Numbered from the stretch's first letter, positions 36,053-44,688 are shown. The stretch: DNA of 64,000 nt from an uncultured Coriobacteriaceae bacterium (GCA_900544245.1 UQUH01000001.1:5928-69927); one strand, 5' to 3'. The notes: generated from the sequence alone by a model not told the origin. A program made the numbers and translations.

Positions 36053-36682
36053 CTATGCTATGGGGATGCGGATAACGGTCTTGAGCTTTTCGGGTGCACA
36101 ACGGCGCGGGTCGGAGAGGTAGATCTCGTGGTGCAGGCGTGTGTCCGTCAAATCAATGGTACGGCCCTGTTCTTCGGCAAAGCGGTGCATGGCCTCGATA
36201 GTCACCGGCTCGTCGTCGTAGGGACCGATGTGCATGCACTGGACGCAAAGTCCCTCGTCTATCGTCAGGAATTCGGCAGGTGAATAGTCCTCGCCCTTCT
36301 TCTCCGCCGCGATGTTCTTTGCTCGCTCGAAGACGTCCGACGTCACGAATTCGGGAAGGCGGATGCAGCTTATCCACTCGAACTCGTCCTTGCGCGACAG
36401 ATCGAATGTCCCGTTGGTGCCGGCCTGCTTCCAGAAGCCCTCGAGCGGCGGTACGACGTAGGGGAAGTAGCCGTCGATGTCCCATCCCGATTTGGGGGAC
36501 ATCTTGATGGTGAAGGAAATGCCGTAGAGCAGTTGCATGGCATGCTGGTATGCACCGCCCTCGACGTTGGGATTGCCCGTACCGCGCACGGCGACGTAGT
36601 TGGCAGGCGGTGCGTCGATGATCGAAGGTGTCTTCTTGGGCTGGTAGAGCTCCTTGCATTCTTTCTTGTAGTCGAATGCCAT
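36053..36682 (-). CDS. GyrI-like small-molecule-binding domain protein (stand-alone, no HTH)
   Basis: 209 aa with MAFDYKKECKELYQPKKTPSIIDAPPANYVAVRGTGNPN and CIRLPEFVT...LHHEIYLSDPRR, typical of GyrI-like/effector-binding proteins. Confidence 0.75.
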   Translation of the reverse strand: MAFDYKKECKELYQPKKTPSIIDAPPANYVAVRGTGNPNVEGGAYQHAMQLLYGISFTIKMSPKSGWDIDGYFPYVVPPLEGFWKQAGTNGTFDLSRKDEFEWISCIRLPEFVTSDVFERAKNIAAEKKGEDYSPAEFLTIDEGLCVQCMHIGPYDDEPVTIEAMHRFAEEQGRTIDLTDTRLHHEIYLSDPRRCAPEKLKTVIRIPIA

Positions 36683-36741
36683 GGATTCGCCTCTCTTAGA
36701 TGACCGGGTCGAATGTGTGCTGCCTTGTCATGATAGCGCAA

Positions 36742-36787
36742 GCTCGCATCGTTGCTTGGATAGAGACGCCGAGCGACTGCCGTGTAC
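36742..36787 (-). repeat. 46-nt conserved intergenic element, copy A
   Basis: Plus-strand GCTCGCATCGTTGCTTGGATAGAGACGCCGAGCGACTGCCGTGTAC matches 40/46 nt of copy B (43380-43425) in the same orientation. The minus-strand hairpin is GCGUC-UCUAUCCAAGCAAC-GAUGC. It starts 36 nt after the stop of the MoeA-like gene. Confidence 0.85.
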
Positions 36788-36822
36788 GTTTCTTTCGATT
36801 ATGCGAAGCGCATGGCGGCGCG

Positions 36823-38217
36823 TCACACGAGCGGCTCGACCATGATGATGTCGCCGGGGGAGGGCATCGTTGCCGATGCGCCAGCTGGTAGCATGTAGAG
36901 CGCATTTGCGCCGTATGTCTGGGGCGACCCGGGACGGCCGGGTAGCGGGGTTGCCACCAGGCACCCGTCGGCGTCGGGGGCAAGCTCGAGGAACTTGATC
37001 GAGAAGAACTCCTCACCCGGCCGTGTCGCCTCTGCCGGACGCTCTTCGCCTGACAGCGGACGGCCGTCCTCTTCCGCCCGCTTGTGCATCTTGCCCTTGG
37101 GAAACTCGGTGCCAAGTCGTGCGGGAACGAGCGTGGGATTTGGATCTAATCCCTGGAACTTCCGCATGATCGGCAGCAAGTAGAAATTCAGGGTGAAGGA
37201 CGCCCCCGCGCTCGGCCCGGAAATACCCACGATGGGCGTATCGCCCACGATGGCATACGAGCTGTGATGTCCTGGTCCGTGGTTGGTCTGATGGCAGATG
37301 ATGCGCCCCATCTCTTCGAGCACCTCCACGGACCAGTCATCCGAGCCTTTCGATGAACCGGCGTTGAGCACGACGATGTCGGCAACGGCACACGCCCGCT
37401 CGACGGCGGTCTGGATTGCATCCCGGTCATCAGGAACGATATCAAAGGGCACGTAGACGCCGCCCCATTGCTCGACTTTACCCTTTACGACAATGCTGTT
37501 CGATTCGTAGACCCGTCCCGCGCCCGCGAATCTGTCCGGCGCGCGCTTCGAGAACGGGACGTTCGGAGAGACGAGCTCGTTGCCCGTCGGGATGAAGGCA
37601 ACGCGCGGCCTTACCATCACCTCGACCGAGGAATGTCCGGCGCTGGCGATGCGCGCGGCCACATCTGGGGTAATGATGCAAGGGGCGGCAACGGCGATAT
37701 CGCTCGCCTTCATCTTCGACCCCGCTGCTCGCGTACCCGCGAACCTTTCGGAGGGCGCCGCGAGTATGGTGACGCGCTCCTCGTCGTCGGATACCTCGAC
37801 GTGCTCGATCACGATTGCCGTGTCAAATCCCTCTGGCATGGCGACGCCTGTGTTCGCGAACTCCCAGTCGACGCCTCGAACCCACGAGCTGGTATCGGGA
37901 ACGGCGCCCGGCTCGAGGTCGGCAAAGTCGTCCCATTTGACGGCTATCGAGTCGAGCGCGCACGTGAGTGCCGAGGGAACGTCGCTCTTGCAGGTGATGT
38001 CTCGTGACAGGACGCGGCCATATGCGTCCTCGAGGGCGACTCGTTCGGGCCGGATTTTGCCAGATGACGCGGAGAGCGCATCGGTCATTTCCGCAACCGC
38101 TTCCTGGCGGGATAGTTCGACATGCAGCGAGTGGTCTCTCATCACCTTCTCCAAAATCGACGTCATGTTCGCGGTGCAATCATGTTCCGCGGCTTGGCCC
38201 ATGCCCCCGGCACCCAT
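36823..38217 (-). CDS. MoeA-like molybdopterin-binding (MoCF biosynthesis domain) protein
   Basis: The domain order resembles MoeA. The central MoCF-type domain has VAFIPTGNELV, DIVPDDRDAI and ADIVVLNAGSSKGSDDW, and the C-terminal beta-domain has PLPGRPGSPQ. The start is uncertain (38217 or ATG 38166). Confidence 0.7.
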   Translation of the reverse strand: MGAGGMGQAAEHDCTANMTSILEKVMRDHSLHVELSRQEAVAEMTDALSASSGKIRPERVALEDAYGRVLSRDITCKSDVPSALTCALDSIAVKWDDFADLEPGAVPDTSSWVRGVDWEFANTGVAMPEGFDTAIVIEHVEVSDDEERVTILAAPSERFAGTRAAGSKMKASDIAVAAPCIITPDVAARIASAGHSSVEVMVRPRVAFIPTGNELVSPNVPFSKRAPDRFAGAGRVYESNSIVVKGKVEQWGGVYVPFDIVPDDRDAIQTAVERACAVADIVVLNAGSSKGSDDWSVEVLEEMGRIICHQTNHGPGHHSSYAIVGDTPIVGISGPSAGASFTLNFYLLPIMRKFQGLDPNPTLVPARLGTEFPKGKMHKRAEEDGRPLSGEERPAEATRPGEEFFSIKFLELAPDADGCLVATPLPGRPGSPQTYGANALYMLPAGASATMPSPGDIIMVEPLV

Positions 38218-38258
38218 TGTATTGCGCCGGGGGCAGCATCGTAAATCGCGGTTGCGCC

Positions 38259-39374
38259 CTATTTGGGAAGCGCGCCCGTGAGCAACTCGCTCATCTCGGC
38301 ATCCGAGAGGTCGTAGTTGTACATCGTCTTGTAGTAGTCCCTCGTGACGTCCTCGATGCTGTCATCGAAGGCATTGAGATAGAGCAACCTGGGGAGCCAC
38401 TGCATGCCCATGAGCTGATTTACGGTCGGGGGATTGTTCATCCAGCACCAGGGATTGTTCGGCACCTCGTAGTAGTTGTCATTGGCGATGGCGGATATTC
38501 CCTGCCAGGCGGGATCATCGCCCACGGTGTTGTAGATGCTCCCCTTCTGGAAGATGATGAGATCCGGGTTCCAGACCGCGATTTGCTCGAGGCTGATCTC
38601 GTTGCCGCTTCCCTTGCCGGATGCGTCATCAACGACGACCACGTTGTTGGCGACCATGTCGATGACCTGCGCTTGGACGGATGTCTTCGCAATGGCGTTC
38701 AGTCCGTTTTCGCCAAGCAGGTAGGCCATGTTGACGCGCTGGGATTCGGGAATCGTCTTCATCGTGTCCTCGACCTTGGAGTACACGCGATTGCAATACT
38801 CGGAGAGCTGATTGCCACGCTCCTCCATGCCGAGTAACTCGCCGAGGGTCTTGTACGCCGAGCCATAGTCCTCCAGATAGGCTTCGACGAACACGACCGG
38901 TATGCCGAGCTGCTCCTGCAGGGCATCGAGGCTCTCCTTCGTGTCCTTCTTCACCTCGCCTGTATCGATGATGACCTGCGGTTTGGCTGCAGCAACTGCC
39001 TCGCGGTTGAAGTCGTCCTTGGCTCCCAGAACCGCGCCGAAGACAGGATAGTCCTTGAACTTGTCGCCGAAGATCTTGAGCTGATCATCGTTGAGCGGCT
39101 GGGAGAGGCCGACCATCTTGTCCGGTGCCATCGTGAGCAATACCTGCTGGGCCGTATGTCCCGACGGACAGATTCTCTCCAGGTTCTTTGGCAGCTCGAC
39201 TTGACGGCCAAGCGAGTCGGTGAATGTCCACGTTTCCTCAGACGAACCGCCCGAGCCTCCGCTGCCCGAGCAGCCGACGAGGCCGATGGCCCCCAGGCTC
39301 AATGCGACGGTGCATGCGAGGGCGAGTATCACGCCTCCGATTCTTTTCAGCGCCTTTCCCTTACCGTGTCTCAT
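38259..39374 (-). CDS. ABC transporter substrate-binding lipoprotein, FecB/BtuF (chelated-metal or corrinoid) class
   Basis: Lipoprotein signal with lipobox LVGC. The periplasmic-binding-protein pattern includes PQVIIDTG and NPDLIIFQKG. Confidence 0.8.
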   Translation of the reverse strand: MRHGKGKALKRIGGVILALACTVALSLGAIGLVGCSGSGGSGGSSEETWTFTDSLGRQVELPKNLERICPSGHTAQQVLLTMAPDKMVGLSQPLNDDQLKIFGDKFKDYPVFGAVLGAKDDFNREAVAAAKPQVIIDTGEVKKDTKESLDALQEQLGIPVVFVEAYLEDYGSAYKTLGELLGMEERGNQLSEYCNRVYSKVEDTMKTIPESQRVNMAYLLGENGLNAIAKTSVQAQVIDMVANNVVVVDDASGKGSGNEISLEQIAVWNPDLIIFQKGSIYNTVGDDPAWQGISAIANDNYYEVPNNPWCWMNNPPTVNQLMGMQWLPRLLYLNAFDDSIEDVTRDYYKTMYNYDLSDAEMSELLTGALPK

Positions 39375-40173
39375 GGTTCATCCTTTCCTGTTGTGTCTCC
39401 ACTTCGCTTCGAGGCACGCAGACGCGCACCCTATCGCCATAGAGAGAGTTGACCTCGACATCGACGCTGTAGAGGCCGCTAATGAGCTCGGAGGTAATCA
39501 CGTCGTGGGGAGGGCCGTACGCATCGATGCGGCCGTCCTTCAAGACGAGCGTCCTGTCGGAATATAGAAACGCGTGGTCGGGGTTATGCGTGGACTGTAT
39601 GATGGAGAGCCCTTCTTGGGCGAGCTGGCGTACGCAGGAGAGCACGCGCACGGTGTTGCCGTAGTCTAGGGCACTCGTGGGTTCGTCCATGACGATCGTA
39701 CGGGCGTTTTGGGCAAGCGCTCTCGCTATGAGAACGAGTTGTTGCTCTCCGCCCGATATCTGCGTGTACATACGGTGGGCGAAATCGGCGATTCCTATGC
39801 GGTCGAGCGCGTCGTAGGCCCGTTTCTGCTGCTCGGGGCCAGGATTGCTGAGCATCTTCAGGTCGCTACCCGTGGCCATGAGCACGACGTCGACCACCTC
39901 ATAGTCGTAGACAGGCGCGTGCGTTTGCGGAATGTAGGATATTTCACGCGCCCGCTCCCGTATCGAGAGTGACTTGACGTCCTTGCCGTTGACCATGACG
40001 GCGCCAGAATAGTTCTGGTTGAGGCCCAGGATGCATCGAAAGAGCGTGGACTTTCCCACGCCGTTGGGTCCCAGCACGTTTACGAGCATGCCATCGGGAA
40101 TCTCGAAGGAAAGACCGTGGAGAATCTGGTGGTTGCCGTAGGAGAAATCCAGGTTTTCGACCAAGATGCTCAT
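39361..40173 (-). CDS. ABC transporter ATP-binding protein (FecE/BtuD-like)
   Basis: Walker A GPNGVGKST, signature ISGGEQQ and Walker B IVMDEPTSALD. ATG 40173 forms an ATGA overlap with the permease stop. The track start 40410 is rejected. Confidence 0.88.
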   Translation of the reverse strand: MSILVENLDFSYGNHQILHGLSFEIPDGMLVNVLGPNGVGKSTLFRCILGLNQNYSGAVMVNGKDVKSLSIRERAREISYIPQTHAPVYDYEVVDVVLMATGSDLKMLSNPGPEQQKRAYDALDRIGIADFAHRMYTQISGGEQQLVLIARALAQNARTIVMDEPTSALDYGNTVRVLSCVRQLAQEGLSIIQSTHNPDHAFLYSDRTLVLKDGRIDAYGPPHDVITSELISGLYSVDVEVNSLYGDRVRVCVPRSEVETQQERMNHETR

Positions 40174-41228
40174 AGCTTCTTCTTTCTCGTGATGAGATAG
40201 AGGAAGAAGGGGGCGCCGACGAAAGCCGTGAGGATTCCTATGGGGATTTCCGCCGTCGTGGCAAGTCGGGCGATGTCGTCTACGACGAGGAGGAATCCGG
40301 CACCCATGAGCATCGAGGCGGGGATGAGCTTGCGGTAATCCGCACCTATCAGCATGCGACACAAGTGCGGAATGACAAGACCGACCCAGCCGATCATGCC
40401 CGTCACGCACACGCAGGCGGCAGTGACGAACGTCGCCGCGATGATGACGATTATGCGGATGAGCCGGGCGTTGACTCCCATGGTAGACGCCTCGTCGTCA
40501 CCCATGGTGAGGATGTTTATGCGCCAGCGCAGGGCAAAGAGCACGATACAACCCACGAGGAGTATGGGAAATATCATCGTGACCTGCGTCATCTTCGCAC
40601 CAGTCAAGCTGCCCATGAGCCAGTACGTGATGTCAGCCAGCTCGTCGGTCGGGTCCGCGATGAGCTTCGCGTATGATACGCCCGCCTGGAACAGGGAACT
40701 CACCATCACGCCCGCGAGTACGACCACCATCATGTGGTTTCCCTTTGCCCGCGCGCTTATGAGAAGCACTAGGAGAACCGTGAGCAAGGCGAAGGCGAAG
40801 GCTGATACCGAAACCATGCCCGCGGTGAAGCCAGCGAGGATGGCGACGGCCGCGCCGAACGCGGCTCCCTGGCTCGCGCCCAGGATGTCGGGGGAGACGA
40901 GCGGGTTCTGGAACGTCCCCTGGTATGCCGCACCTGCCACGGATAGGCAGCATCCCACCATGAGGGCGAGAAGGATGCGGGGAAGGCGCACGTTGAAGAA
41001 GAGCGTCGCCTGTTGCTCCGTCCAGCTCGGCTCGACGGGAACCACACAGTTGACGAGCATGGCAATGGCCTCGAGAGGGTCAATGGGGTAACGACCCAGC
41101 ATGAGGGATACGGCGACTGCCACGATGACGGCGACACCGAGACCGACGATGATGGTGTCGGCTCGTCTGCTCGATCGCGACTTGTCCACGGCAGGAACGC
41201 GTGCGCTCTCAGATGTGATGTCCCTCAT
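40170..41228 (-). CDS. FecCD/BtuC-family ABC permease
   Basis: 352 aa polytopic protein with RLPRILLALMVG, SPDILGASQGAAFG and GWVGLVIPH. Confidence 0.88.
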   Translation of the reverse strand: MRDITSESARVPAVDKSRSSRRADTIIVGLGVAVIVAVAVSLMLGRYPIDPLEAIAMLVNCVVPVEPSWTEQQATLFFNVRLPRILLALMVGCCLSVAGAAYQGTFQNPLVSPDILGASQGAAFGAAVAILAGFTAGMVSVSAFAFALLTVLLVLLISARAKGNHMMVVVLAGVMVSSLFQAGVSYAKLIADPTDELADITYWLMGSLTGAKMTQVTMIFPILLVGCIVLFALRWRINILTMGDDEASTMGVNARLIRIIVIIAATFVTAACVCVTGMIGWVGLVIPHLCRMLIGADYRKLIPASMLMGAGFLLVVDDIARLATTAEIPIGILTAFVGAPFFLYLITRKKKL

Positions 41229-41314
41229 TAACTATCCTTAGAAAACAATAATTACGATGAAGGATTATATATCATAAAGAATAAACTAATCGAAGAACTA
41301 TTCTTTAGGTGGTT

Positions 41315-41926
41315 CTATTCCGCCAGGTGACGTTTGACCAATTCCGCGTCTTGCCGGGTGGGCGCAATGCGTAGGACGCCGTTCCAAGTTTCGGCAAAAA
41401 GGGATTCGGCACGTTCGGCAAAGGTTTCGCGAACTACCACGAGCGCGTCCTTCATACCCGCGCAAGGGCCATTGCGCAGCAACCTCATCGCCTCGATAAG
41501 ACCCGATTCGTGATCGAGCTCGAGGCGCCCCAGCTCGTCGATGACCAGGAGCTTGTGTCTCCTGTCGTCTTCCGCTCGTTTCTCGATCGAGGAAAGGTGC
41601 TCGTTCACGCGTGCGATGGCGGCATCGTCTATGTGCCAACCCAAGCCGACCCTGCCGGCCTGGCTCAAGTCGGCATACGTGCCGTTTGCGCGCGCGATAT
41701 CCGCACGCTGGGCAAAGGGGACCGTGACGTTGTCGGGCAGGAGAAGGTTGTTTATTCCGAGCTTTTCGTAGCCCTGGTCGTTGGCAGCGTCCGTGTTCGA
41801 TTCGACCCAGATACCCGGGGCGATTACGCCATAGCACGTGACGTCAAGGCGGGTAAGGTCATCAGCGAGGCGCTCGAGCCATCGGCTCTTTCCGATTTGA
41901 ATGTTGCCGGTAAGAATGAATAGCAC
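41315..41926 (-). CDS. P-loop NTPase (DUF2478/THEP1-like)
   Basis: Walker A is TGNIQIGKS and Walker B-like is LLVIDELGRLE. 203 aa. Confidence 0.65.
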   Translation of the reverse strand: MLFILTGNIQIGKSRWLERLADDLTRLDVTCYGVIAPGIWVESNTDAANDQGYEKLGINNLLLPDNVTVPFAQRADIARANGTYADLSQAGRVGLGWHIDDAAIARVNEHLSSIEKRAEDDRRHKLLVIDELGRLELDHESGLIEAMRLLRNGPCAGMKDALVVVRETFAERAESLFAETWNGVLRIAPTRQDAELVKRHLAE

Positions 41927-41946
41927 TGAGGGCCTCTATTGTCGAA

Positions 41947-41970
41947 ATATTATCCTTTATAGGATATTAT
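41947..41970. promoter_or_regulatory. Operator-like palindrome in the divergent promoter region between the NTPase and DUF364 genes
   Basis: ATATTATCCT-TTAT-AGGATATTAT has 9/10 complementary arms and a perfect core TATCCT/AGGATA. It sits in a 93-bp AT-rich gap. Confidence 0.5.
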
Positions 41971-42034
41971 AGTTTTAATAATATAGTCTAGGCAAGAAAG
42001 CCAGAAGACAATCACGTGCATGGAGGTGCCCGTT

Positions 42035-42808
42035 ATGCCTTGGACTCTGTACGACGAATTGATCGCAGGAGTACCTGGAGATGTGCTCGTCACCGATTAC
42101 TGCTTGGGGGCAAAATGGAGCTACGTGGAGGCGGAGAGCGGCTTGGGCGTTTCGTTCACGTGCGCGGGCGGCGCGAAAAAGCCGACCGACGATCGCGACT
42201 TTCGCGGTCTGCCGCTCAAGGAGCTTGCCGCCTCCTCGAAATCCTGGCATTTCGAGGAGGCGACGCTCGGAATCGCGGCGTTGAATGCGTGGTACGCACG
42301 AAGGACCCTGATTGACGAGTTCGAAGCCGTCTACGACGATCCTGTCGAGTTGCCGGACGGGTCGCTTCGCAAGCGTGACGCCTTCGAGATGATGCGCCCC
42401 CGTATCGAGATGCACGACAACGCGAAGGTTGTCGTGGTGGGTCATTTTCCCCATGTTGACAGGATAGCCGAGTACGCCGACCTGACGGTCCTCGAGCGAA
42501 GCTGCCGTGATGGACTCGATACGCCCGACCCGGCCTGCGAATATGTCATGCCAAAGGCGGATTTCGCCTTCATCACGGGTGTGACGTTGGAGAACAAGAC
42601 GGCACCGCGCCTGCTCGAACTCGCAAGGAAGGCCTTCGTGACGATGGTCGGTCCTTCGGTCGTCATGGCGCAGCCGCTATTCGACGCAGGCGTGGATATG
42701 GCAGCCGGGAGTATCGTCATGGATCCCGATCTTGTCAGGCATGCCGTGAAATCGGGCGGTGGTATGCCGTTTGGAAGTGCCTTGCAAATGGTGGCGGTCA
42801 CGAAGTAG
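42035..42808 (+). CDS. DUF4213/DUF364 protein (putative heavy-metal/cofactor chelation, enolase-N-like plus Rossmann-like)
   Basis: MPWTLYDELIAGVP...LGAKWSYVE...GLGVSFT...AALNAW and the C-terminal VVVVGHFP...ADFAFITGVTL. I chose ATG 42035 (GGAGGT 8 nt upstream) over 42020. Confidence 0.7.
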   Translation: MPWTLYDELIAGVPGDVLVTDYCLGAKWSYVEAESGLGVSFTCAGGAKKPTDDRDFRGLPLKELAASSKSWHFEEATLGIAALNAWYARRTLIDEFEAVYDDPVELPDGSLRKRDAFEMMRPRIEMHDNAKVVVVGHFPHVDRIAEYADLTVLERSCRDGLDTPDPACEYVMPKADFAFITGVTLENKTAPRLLELARKAFVTMVGPSVVMAQPLFDAGVDMAAGSIVMDPDLVRHAVKSGGGMPFGSALQMVAVTK

Positions 42809-42852
42809 GTGCGCGTTTCCTCGTCTACGATGATTTGCGGATGATTTGGCCC

Positions 42853-42883
42853 TTGACTTGGAGTTGACTCGAGGTGCTATAAG
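42853..42883 (+). promoter_or_regulatory. MerR-type promoter (19-nt spacer containing a dyad) upstream of flavodoxin
   Basis: TTGACT (42853-42858), a 19-nt spacer, then TATAAG (42878-42883). The dyad ACTTGGAGT-TG-ACTCGAGGT (7/9 complementary) starts inside the -35 element, as in MerR-family-regulated promoters. Confidence 0.5.
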
Positions 42884-42936
42884 GTTTCCGCTTGACGGTG
42901 GAGCGCATGCTCTTCTCCCGATGAAAGGAAACGACA

Positions 42937-43401
42937 ATGGAAAGCATCCTCGTGGCATATTTCAGCGCGACGGGCACGACCAAGCGGGCTGCTCTGGCGC
43001 TGGCTGATTACCTAGGCGCGGACACCTTCGAGATCGTTCCGGAGGTTCCCTACTCCTCGGCGGACTTGAACTGGAATGACCGGCAGAGCCGGTCAAGCAA
43101 GGAGATGGATGACGAGGACTCACGCCCCAGCATCATTGGGCAAGTCGATGACATGGGCGCATACGAAACCATTTACGTGGGGTTTCCCATCTGGTGGTAC
43201 GTGGAGCCGCGCATCATCGACACGTTCCTGGAATCCTATGACATGACGGGCAAGACCGTCATTCCCTTCGCCACGTCTGGAGGTAGCGGCCTGGGAAAGA
43301 CCGCCCAGCACATGCAGGGAGTCTGCCCGCAGGCAATCGTCGAGCAAGGCTTCATGCTCAACGATTATTCAGCAGACAGGCTCGCGTCGTTGCTTGGATA
43401 G
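42937..43401 (+). CDS. Flavodoxin (short-chain, FMN-binding)
   Basis: ILVAYFSATGTTKRAA is the FMN phosphate-binding loop. YVGFPIWWY and IPFATSGGSG follow. Confidence 0.85.
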   Translation: MESILVAYFSATGTTKRAALALADYLGADTFEIVPEVPYSSADLNWNDRQSRSSKEMDDEDSRPSIIGQVDDMGAYETIYVGFPIWWYVEPRIIDTFLESYDMTGKTVIPFATSGGSGLGKTAQHMQGVCPQAIVEQGFMLNDYSADRLASLLG

Positions 43402-43425
43402 AGACGCCAGACGACTGCCACGTAC
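43380..43425 (-). repeat. 46-nt conserved element, copy B (overlaps the last codons of flavodoxin)
   Basis: Plus-strand GCTCGCGTCGTTGCTTGGATAGAGACGCCAGACGACTGCCACGTAC matches 40/46 nt of copy A. The minus-strand hairpin is GCGUC-UCUAUCCAAGCAAC-GACGC. It starts 28 nt after the stop of the ABC-2 permease gene. Confidence 0.85.
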
Positions 43426-43452
43426 AAGGCGAGGGCGCGAGCGTTTCTCCAA

Positions 43453-44688
43453 TCACACGAAGGCGGAAGCTTCGGCAGCGCGATTTCCGCCGGCTTCCGA
43501 TGTCTGCAGGCGCTTGCGTCCGGCGACGAGCGAAACGCATAGCAACGCCAAAGCGAAGAGCAGCAGCACGCCAACGTGACCGAGGACGAGCTCCAGGGTG
43601 GCGGAGTCCATGATGGCCGGGGCGTGTGCGGCGGCCGAACATGCCGACGAGTACCAGTATCCCGGCAGCAGATGCGCCAGCGTCACGATTTCGGGTGTCA
43701 TGAGGTCAAGGGAGATCCACGCACCCCCGAAGAACGAGATCACCATGCCGACGATGTTGCCCGTCGCGTTGCAGACGATGCCGTTCGCGCCTACTTGTCC
43801 AAGCAGGAAGCCAAGCGCAAGGGGCACCGTGCAATAGGCGAGCATGCTCAGGGCACACAGCGCGAGGCCGCCGGGTTCAATCTGGCCAGCCGCGTCGGGA
43901 AACGCGACGAGGCCCAGGCAGAACGTCCATGCCCATGCAAGCAAGGTGACGGCCATGCAGGCCGCGCCCAATTGCAGGTTGTAGGAGGCGAAGCTCAGCG
44001 GGGACGAGAGGTTGCGACGGCGCACATCGACGCGACCGAGCGTGGTCACGAGAAGTCCCACGCACACGGTGATGCCGGCAAAGAGCGTGTAGGTACTCCA
44101 CTGCAGGTAGAAGACGAAGCGGTCAGATTTCGAAATGGCGGTCGACTGTTCGATTACCGCAACCTGGGCTCGTTCGGACGAGTAGTTCGCAGCACGATCG
44201 ATGATGTCTGCCATGGGCGTTTCGGGGCTGGCCATGGCAAGCGAGCGCACCATACCCAGAAACCCATTGACACTTTGGTCGACGAGCTCGCCTTCCATGG
44301 AATAGTAGCTGAACACCGTCTCCATGGAAGGTGCGTCCTCGTCGGCATGCGCTGCCTCGACGAAGTCCGTCTCGTATCCTTCGGGAATGATGAGTAGATA
44401 GTCGGTGGCACCCTTGGCCACGGCATCTTGGATGGCCAATGGCGTGTCTTCAACGACGACCTGCGTTCCGTGTTGCGCGAGCTGACTTGCGATGGCATCG
44501 GACAACTCGCTGTCATCGCGGTCAATGACGGAGAAGTTGCAACTATATCGTTCCAAACCGTTCTCGTTCATGTCGAAATCGAACGATGCCGCCATGAAGA
44601 TGCCCATGAAGCTGAGCCCGACAATGTAGATGACGGGAAAGATGATGTTGCCGCGTATGATGCGCATGGCGCACTTAAAGACTTGCAT
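43453..44688 (-). CDS. ABC-2-type exporter permease
   Basis: 411 aa with an N-terminal TM helix, a large extracytoplasmic loop and a C-terminal 5-TM bundle. It overlaps the upstream permease gene by 14 nt. Confidence 0.75.
   Translation of the reverse strand: MQVFKCAMRIIRGNIIFPVIYIVGLSFMGIFMAASFDFDMNENGLERYSCNFSVIDRDDSELSDAIASQLAQHGTQVVVEDTPLAIQDAVAKGATDYLLIIPEGYETDFVEAAHADEDAPSMETVFSYYSMEGELVDQSVNGFLGMVRSLAMASPETPMADIIDRAANYSSERAQVAVIEQSTAISKSDRFVFYLQWSTYTLFAGITVCVGLLVTTLGRVDVRRRNLSSPLSFASYNLQLGAACMAVTLLAWAWTFCLGLVAFPDAAGQIEPGGLALCALSMLAYCTVPLALGFLLGQVGANGIVCNATGNIVGMVISFFGGAWISLDLMTPEIVTLAHLLPGYWYSSACSAAAHAPAIMDSATLELVLGHVGVLLLFALALLCVSLVAGRKRLQTSEAGGNRAAEASAFV

Noticed and set aside
36742-36787. 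Interpreting the 46-nt repeat as a tRNA fragment or integrase att site because of TTGGATAGAG (compare the D-loop of tRNA-Arg at 2764-2840)
   Set aside because: No cloverleaf arms can be drawn and the match to the tRNA is only about 8 nt. No integrase lies in the bracketed segment. The att-like idea is kept only as one hypothesis in the findings.
41229-41314. A second cobalamin riboswitch in front of the FecBCD/BtuFCD-type ABC operon
   Set aside because: The gap is only 86 nt and AT-rich, and it lacks any B12-box or GGGAA..GGUG..CC block. The same holds for 41927-42034.
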